From SAR116 cluster bacterium (GTDB taxonomy: Bacteria; Pseudomonadota; Alphaproteobacteria; Puniceispirillales; Marisalimonadaceae), in the NCBI GenBank assembly GCA_042090495.1, contig JBELJF010000003.1, positions 1 to 51,670 of the forward strand: a stretch of 51,670 nucleotides of DNA, written 5' to 3'. Below are positions 48,167 to 51,670 of the stretch, in pieces. The stretch's first letter is position 1. Every line of letters begins with the position of its first letter. The position numbers and the translations under genes were made by a program. The notes under the pieces were generated by a model. It searched no databases. It had not been told where the DNA came from and saw only the letters and a program-made list of their open reading frames with translations.

Positions 48167-49109
48167 GAGCTTTACGTCTAAAGCTTATTATTTCAGCCAT
48201 AACAGATACTGCTATTTCCGCAGGAGTTTTAGCTTTAATATCAAGACCTATAGGAGCATGGATTTTATTAATTTCAATTTCATTAAAACCAAGTGACGAT
48301 AATCGATCATATCTTTTTTGATGAGTTTTTTTACTACCCAATGAACCTATATAACCTATGTTTTCCTTAAGAGTATAAACTAAGGCAGGGTCATCTATCT
48401 TAGGATCGTGAGTTAATGTAACCAAATGCGTAGACTGATCTAAACTATATTTTGATAAAGCCGTATCTGGCCATTCGTTTAAAATTTTGCAATCTGGAAA
48501 TCTTTCACTCGTTGCAAAATGTTCTCTAGGGTCTATTAAAATTATTTCAAAGTCAGTTGTTTTAGCAAGTGATACCAGTGCCTGCGCAATATGAACAGCA
48601 CCAACAATAAAAAGTCTTGGCTTGGGATCAATAACTTGTATGAATTCATTTTGTTCTTTATCAAAATAACTTGTTTGACTGGCCAATGAGTTGTCAACTA
48701 TCCTAGAACCGTTTGAACAATTAATTTTAAGTTTGATTTGTTTTCTATTTTTTATGTTATCTACTAAGGAAAATATAATCTTATCTTCAATTTCGAGGGG
48801 TTGTATGAGAACTTTTAGTTCACCACCACAAGCTAATCCGACTTCCCATGCCATATCATTTGAAATACCGTAATCTTTGATCCTGGTTTTACCGTCATTA
48901 ATTGATTCAATGCCCTCTGCAATTACTGCACCTTCTATACATCCACCAGAGACTGAACCTATTATTTCACCATTACTATCAATTGCCATTTGTCCACCAA
49001 CAGGTCTTGGAGCACTACCCCATGTGGAAATAACAGTTGCCAGAGAGACTTTTCTTTTTTCTTTTAACCAGACACTTGTCGGGGTTAAAATATCATCAAT
49101 TTCATTCAT
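48153..49109 (-). CDS. XdhC/CoxI family molybdoenzyme maturation factor
   Basis: ATV..TWGSAPRPVG, GSVSGGCIEG, AWEVGLACGG, GAVHIAQAL, LTHDPKIDD, YIG.LGS, PIGLDI.AKTPAEIAVS. Confidence 0.92.
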   Translation of the reverse strand: MNEIDDILTPTSVWLKEKRKVSLATVISTWGSAPRPVGGQMAIDSNGEIIGSVSGGCIEGAVIAEGIESINDGKTRIKDYGISNDMAWEVGLACGGELKVLIQPLEIEDKIIFSLVDNIKNRKQIKLKINCSNGSRIVDNSLASQTSYFDKEQNEFIQVIDPKPRLFIVGAVHIAQALVSLAKTTDFEIILIDPREHFATSERFPDCKILNEWPDTALSKYSLDQSTHLVTLTHDPKIDDPALVYTLKENIGYIGSLGSKKTHQKRYDRLSSLGFNEIEINKIHAPIGLDIKAKTPAEIAVSVMAEIISFRRKAHDKS

Positions 49110-49211
49110 TATTTTAACCTACAAAATATAATTTTATTAAGAAACAATATATGTTATAAATTTAACCTGTAACTATTAATTTTTAAATTACTATAATTAT
49201 AAGGTTTTGTT

Positions 49212-49796
49212 ATGAATGATAAAGTGTACAGGACTTCCTGGATTGAGAGCTTTATATTAAGAAATAAAGTTGATGTAAAATTTTCAATGGCAACTAGTGT
49301 TATTACTGTTGTTTTTTGTAGCTTATTATTAGTTTTATCTGCAAAAATAAAGGTAGATTTATATCCTGTTCCAATGACATTACAGCCTTTAGCAATTTTA
49401 ATGATTGCAATGCTATGTGGAAGAAATATAGCAGTTTCTTCGGTTAGCTTGTATTTGTTTCAGGGAATGGTTGGACTACCGGTTTTTGCTTACGGAGGAG
49501 GCTTACCTTACTTTATGGGGCCAACAGGAGGCTTTTTGTTTGGATTTTTAGCTGCAGCCGTGGTTTTAGGAGAGTTGGCAGATAGAGGTTGGGGAAAGTT
49601 ATTTTTTAAATCAATTTTAGCAATGATGATAGGTATGATTACTATTTATTTATTTGGTATACTTCAATTAAGTTTTCTAAAGGGATTTAGCTTTAGCATA
49701 TTAAGTAGTCTTTACCCATTCATTATTGGAGACTTGTACAAGATACTACTCGCAGCTTTATTGGTTCCGCAGATTTGGAAATTGGTAAAAAAATAA
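49212..49796 (+). CDS. bioY: Biotin transporter BioY
   Basis: PVPMTLQ.LA, YL..G..GLPVFA.GG, GPTGGFL.GF, PF..GD..K. Confidence 0.93.
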   Translation: MNDKVYRTSWIESFILRNKVDVKFSMATSVITVVFCSLLLVLSAKIKVDLYPVPMTLQPLAILMIAMLCGRNIAVSSVSLYLFQGMVGLPVFAYGGGLPYFMGPTGGFLFGFLAAAVVLGELADRGWGKLFFKSILAMMIGMITIYLFGILQLSFLKGFSFSILSSLYPFIIGDLYKILLAALLVPQIWKLVKK

Positions 49797-49828
49797 ATTG
49801 TGTTTAAATTTGTTAAGATTACAAAATA

Positions 49829-50104
49829 TCAAGCATCATTAGATGCTTCATTTTGAGCATCCTTTGTTGTTAATCCTATAGCATCATTATCTAAAGCATC
49901 TTCAAAAGCTAGGATTTCATTATTTTGCATTGATTCTAATTGGTTGATAAAGAAATCTTCTGGACTCATATTATCAGGGTGATCAATCTTGACAGCAATA
50001 ATTGCTGCAATTGTAGAGCTAATCATTTCTGGTTTTTTTTCTTTGTATTTTTTAAATGAAATAACATTATACCCTAATTCCTTAGCGTCAGGATTAACTT
50101 TCAT
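49829..50104 (-). CDS. Small hypothetical protein (91 aa)
   Basis: ATG preceded by a GGAG SD; fills the gap between bioY and the repeat protein; basic N-terminal patch and acidic C-terminus; no family recognised. Confidence 0.6.
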   Translation of the reverse strand: MKVNPDAKELGYNVISFKKYKEKKPEMISSTIAAIIAVKIDHPDNMSPEDFFINQLESMQNNEILAFEDALDNDAIGLTTKDAQNEASNDA

Positions 50105-50194
50105 AAAATATACTCCATAGATTAACTATATGAATTCATATGATTATCTTGAATATAAAATACAAGATTTGATAATTTGATTTTTGTTAAAATA

Positions 50195-51367
50195 TTATTC
50201 ACCAACTCTTCGTATAATAATTCTACCTGAAGGTCTGTTGTTAACATTTTCTACAGTACGAGTTGCTTGGCTGTAAAGAATTGTTTCTATGCCAAAATTA
50301 TCGACTACTGCTACTCTTGATCGAACCTGTGATCCAACTAATGATTGATTTAAAGCTAGTATAGGACCACTTAAACTATTAACTGAAGACCAATTTCTTC
50401 CGTCTTTAGATGTTTCCCAACTAATTGAAATAGAAGCTATACCATCTTCATCTGATAGTGAGTCTGACAATGCCCTAAGGGTAACTCCTTCTTTAGGTTT
50501 ACCTACGATAACAACTTCGCCCTGGACTGGGTCATCTAAATTATCAATTGTTTCGGATGGGTTTGTGTAAAGAACTTCTCTTGTTCCTTGTGTGTCTATA
50601 TAGGACACTACAGCTCTATATGAATAACCAACTTGGCTTTGTCCAAGTCTAAGAACTTCATCTTGAGCTTGAGGATAAGCTTCCCAAGATGATTTTGTTG
50701 TAGATCTCTGCCATGAGATATCGAAACCACCTATTCCATCTTCATCAGCTATGCTTGACGTGTCAACAACAAGAGCACTATCTTCAACAGGACTTCCAAT
50801 AAGTCTTGCTGCCCCGGTAGGTTTATCATTAACATTTTTAACAGAAGTTGAAGGAGGACTAATAAGAGGTTCTAAATTACCTTGACCATCAACATATGAT
50901 ATAGAAACTCGAAGTTTTTTTCCTACATGAACTTGCCTAGGTGTAAAAGATTGGTTAGTTGCTCCACTAATGTTGGTCCATTTATTATCATTTGATGAAA
51001 TCTGCCATTGCACACTTACTGTTCCCATACCATCTGAATCTGTTACAGATGATAAGTCAATAATTAGTGGAACATCTTCAATTGCAGCAAAGCCTACTGC
51101 TTCAACTTTACCATCTCCACTAGCATTGTTTTGAGAATTTATTTGACCTTTGTTATTATTTTTTTTGTCAGAAGTTGATAGTCTTTTCTGATCTTTCACA
51201 TATGTTTTATTATGATTATGTTGTTTTATGTTACTATTGTTAGTATTAACCTTTTTGTCTTTAATTGAGGGATCACCCCCAGCTACAGCTTTTTGTGAGT
51301 TAAAAACTGCAACGCTTGCTAAAAAACAAAACGCTAAAAGCATGTTATTGTTTTTTAAAAAACGCAT
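50195..51367 (-). CDS. Secreted protein with three tandem 98-aa Ig/cadherin-like adhesin repeats
   Basis: GGAGGT SD before ATG 51367; signal peptide ending AVA; N/K-rich linker; repeats with D.DG, W, VG, SY.D..G and N.ND.P.G motifs. Confidence 0.8.
   Translation of the reverse strand: MRFLKNNNMLLAFCFLASVAVFNSQKAVAGGDPSIKDKKVNTNNSNIKQHNHNKTYVKDQKRLSTSDKKNNNKGQINSQNNASGDGKVEAVGFAAIEDVPLIIDLSSVTDSDGMGTVSVQWQISSNDNKWTNISGATNQSFTPRQVHVGKKLRVSISYVDGQGNLEPLISPPSTSVKNVNDKPTGAARLIGSPVEDSALVVDTSSIADEDGIGGFDISWQRSTTKSSWEAYPQAQDEVLRLGQSQVGYSYRAVVSYIDTQGTREVLYTNPSETIDNLDDPVQGEVVIVGKPKEGVTLRALSDSLSDEDGIASISISWETSKDGRNWSSVNSLSGPILALNQSLVGSQVRSRVAVVDNFGIETILYSQATRTVENVNNRPSGRIIIRRVGE
50225..51112 (-). repeat. 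Three diverged 294-bp (98-codon) coding repeats
   Basis: In track numbering, DSDG/DEDG/DEDG fall at aa 120/218/316 and NVNDKPTG/NLDDPVQG/NVNNRPSG at aa 188/286/384, an exact 98-aa period. Confidence 0.85.
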
Positions 51368-51492
51368 GTAAACCTCCACTAATGTAGTAACTAGCAATTA
51401 ATATATAACACGTTCCTAAAAAAGATACAGTTTTTTTAATGCATATATTTTATTGTAAAAGAACACTAGTTAGGTTCAAAGTTATTTATCAA

Positions 51493-51670
51493 CTAATTGT
51501 TTTTATTTAGTTTTAGCAAAATATCATCAAGAATTTTATCTTGTTTAGCAAGTGCAACTCTAACATTCCTTATTTCTTCAATAATTTCTATTAATTTCTC
51601 TTTTTTAGTATCATTGGACACATTATCAACTATTTTAGTCAGAGTAATAGTATCGCTCTCCTCTTTTTGA
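51493..51670 (-). CDS. 3' end of a coiled-coil hypothetical protein (runs off the window edge)
   Basis: Open frame from 51669: QKEESDTITLTKIVDNVSNDTKKEKLIEIIEEIRNVRVALAKQDKILDDILLKLNKNN*, ending TAG at 51495-51493; heptad pattern. Confidence 0.6.
   Translation of the reverse strand, partial: QKEESDTITLTKIVDNVSNDTKKEKLIEIIEEIRNVRVALAKQDKILDDILLKLNKNN

Noticed and set aside
1158-49131. Many short track ORFs overlapping larger genes (e.g. 1158-1463, 3945-4208, 13669-14004, 24312-24656, 41887-42402, 48877-49131)
   Set aside because: They are antisense or out-of-frame shadows of well-supported genes, with no recognisable motifs.
51395-51412. ModE-box half site (TATATAAC) upstream of the repeat protein; also searched upstream of modE and xdhC
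   Set aside because: Only half sites were found, never the full inverted repeat, which is expected by chance at this AT content.
1-51670. tRNA/rRNA genes, CRISPR arrays, riboswitches, IS elements, integrases, prophage or defence genes
   Set aside because: Intergenic gaps are short (about 240 bp at most) and AT-rich. I saw no cloverleaf or T-loop motifs, repeat-spacer arrays or long GC-rich stems in them, and no ORF carries recombinase, transposase or nuclease motifs. An Infernal/Rfam scan would be needed to exclude small RNAs.

Overview
AT-rich (roughly 30% GC, estimated by eye), densely packed chromosomal segment. The gene content and order point to a streamlined alphaproteobacterium, probably marine: long-form dcd, argD-argF-hslO, argG/ialB-rlmN-YccA, mce/pccB-pccA-mcm. 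Most of it is housekeeping and central metabolism: idonate/gluconate dehydrogenases, acs, arginine synthesis, a complete propionyl-CoA to succinyl-CoA cluster with prpE, pckA, an RND pump, typA, XdhC/MocA molybdenum-cofactor maturation genes and bioY. I found no rRNA, tRNA, CRISPR array, integrase, transposase or recognisable defence system, and I cannot support a claim of a large new multi-gene system. The best leads are smaller. (1) A headless ABC-ATPase (TupC-like) C-terminus starts exactly at the lrp stop codon; with modE and a truncated FdhD-like ORF it suggests a broken Mo/W locus or an assembly junction. (2) pccB appears to start at a non-canonical ATT codon. (3) A CoA-transferase-fold heterodimer appears to lack the catalytic glutamate. 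(4) A secreted protein has three 98-aa Ig-like repeats and ends in a lone extra strand. (5) There is an unannotated 36-aa membrane peptide. (6) pckA and typA look non-alphaproteobacterial. All family assignments come from motif recognition and recalled homologue sequences, not from database searches.
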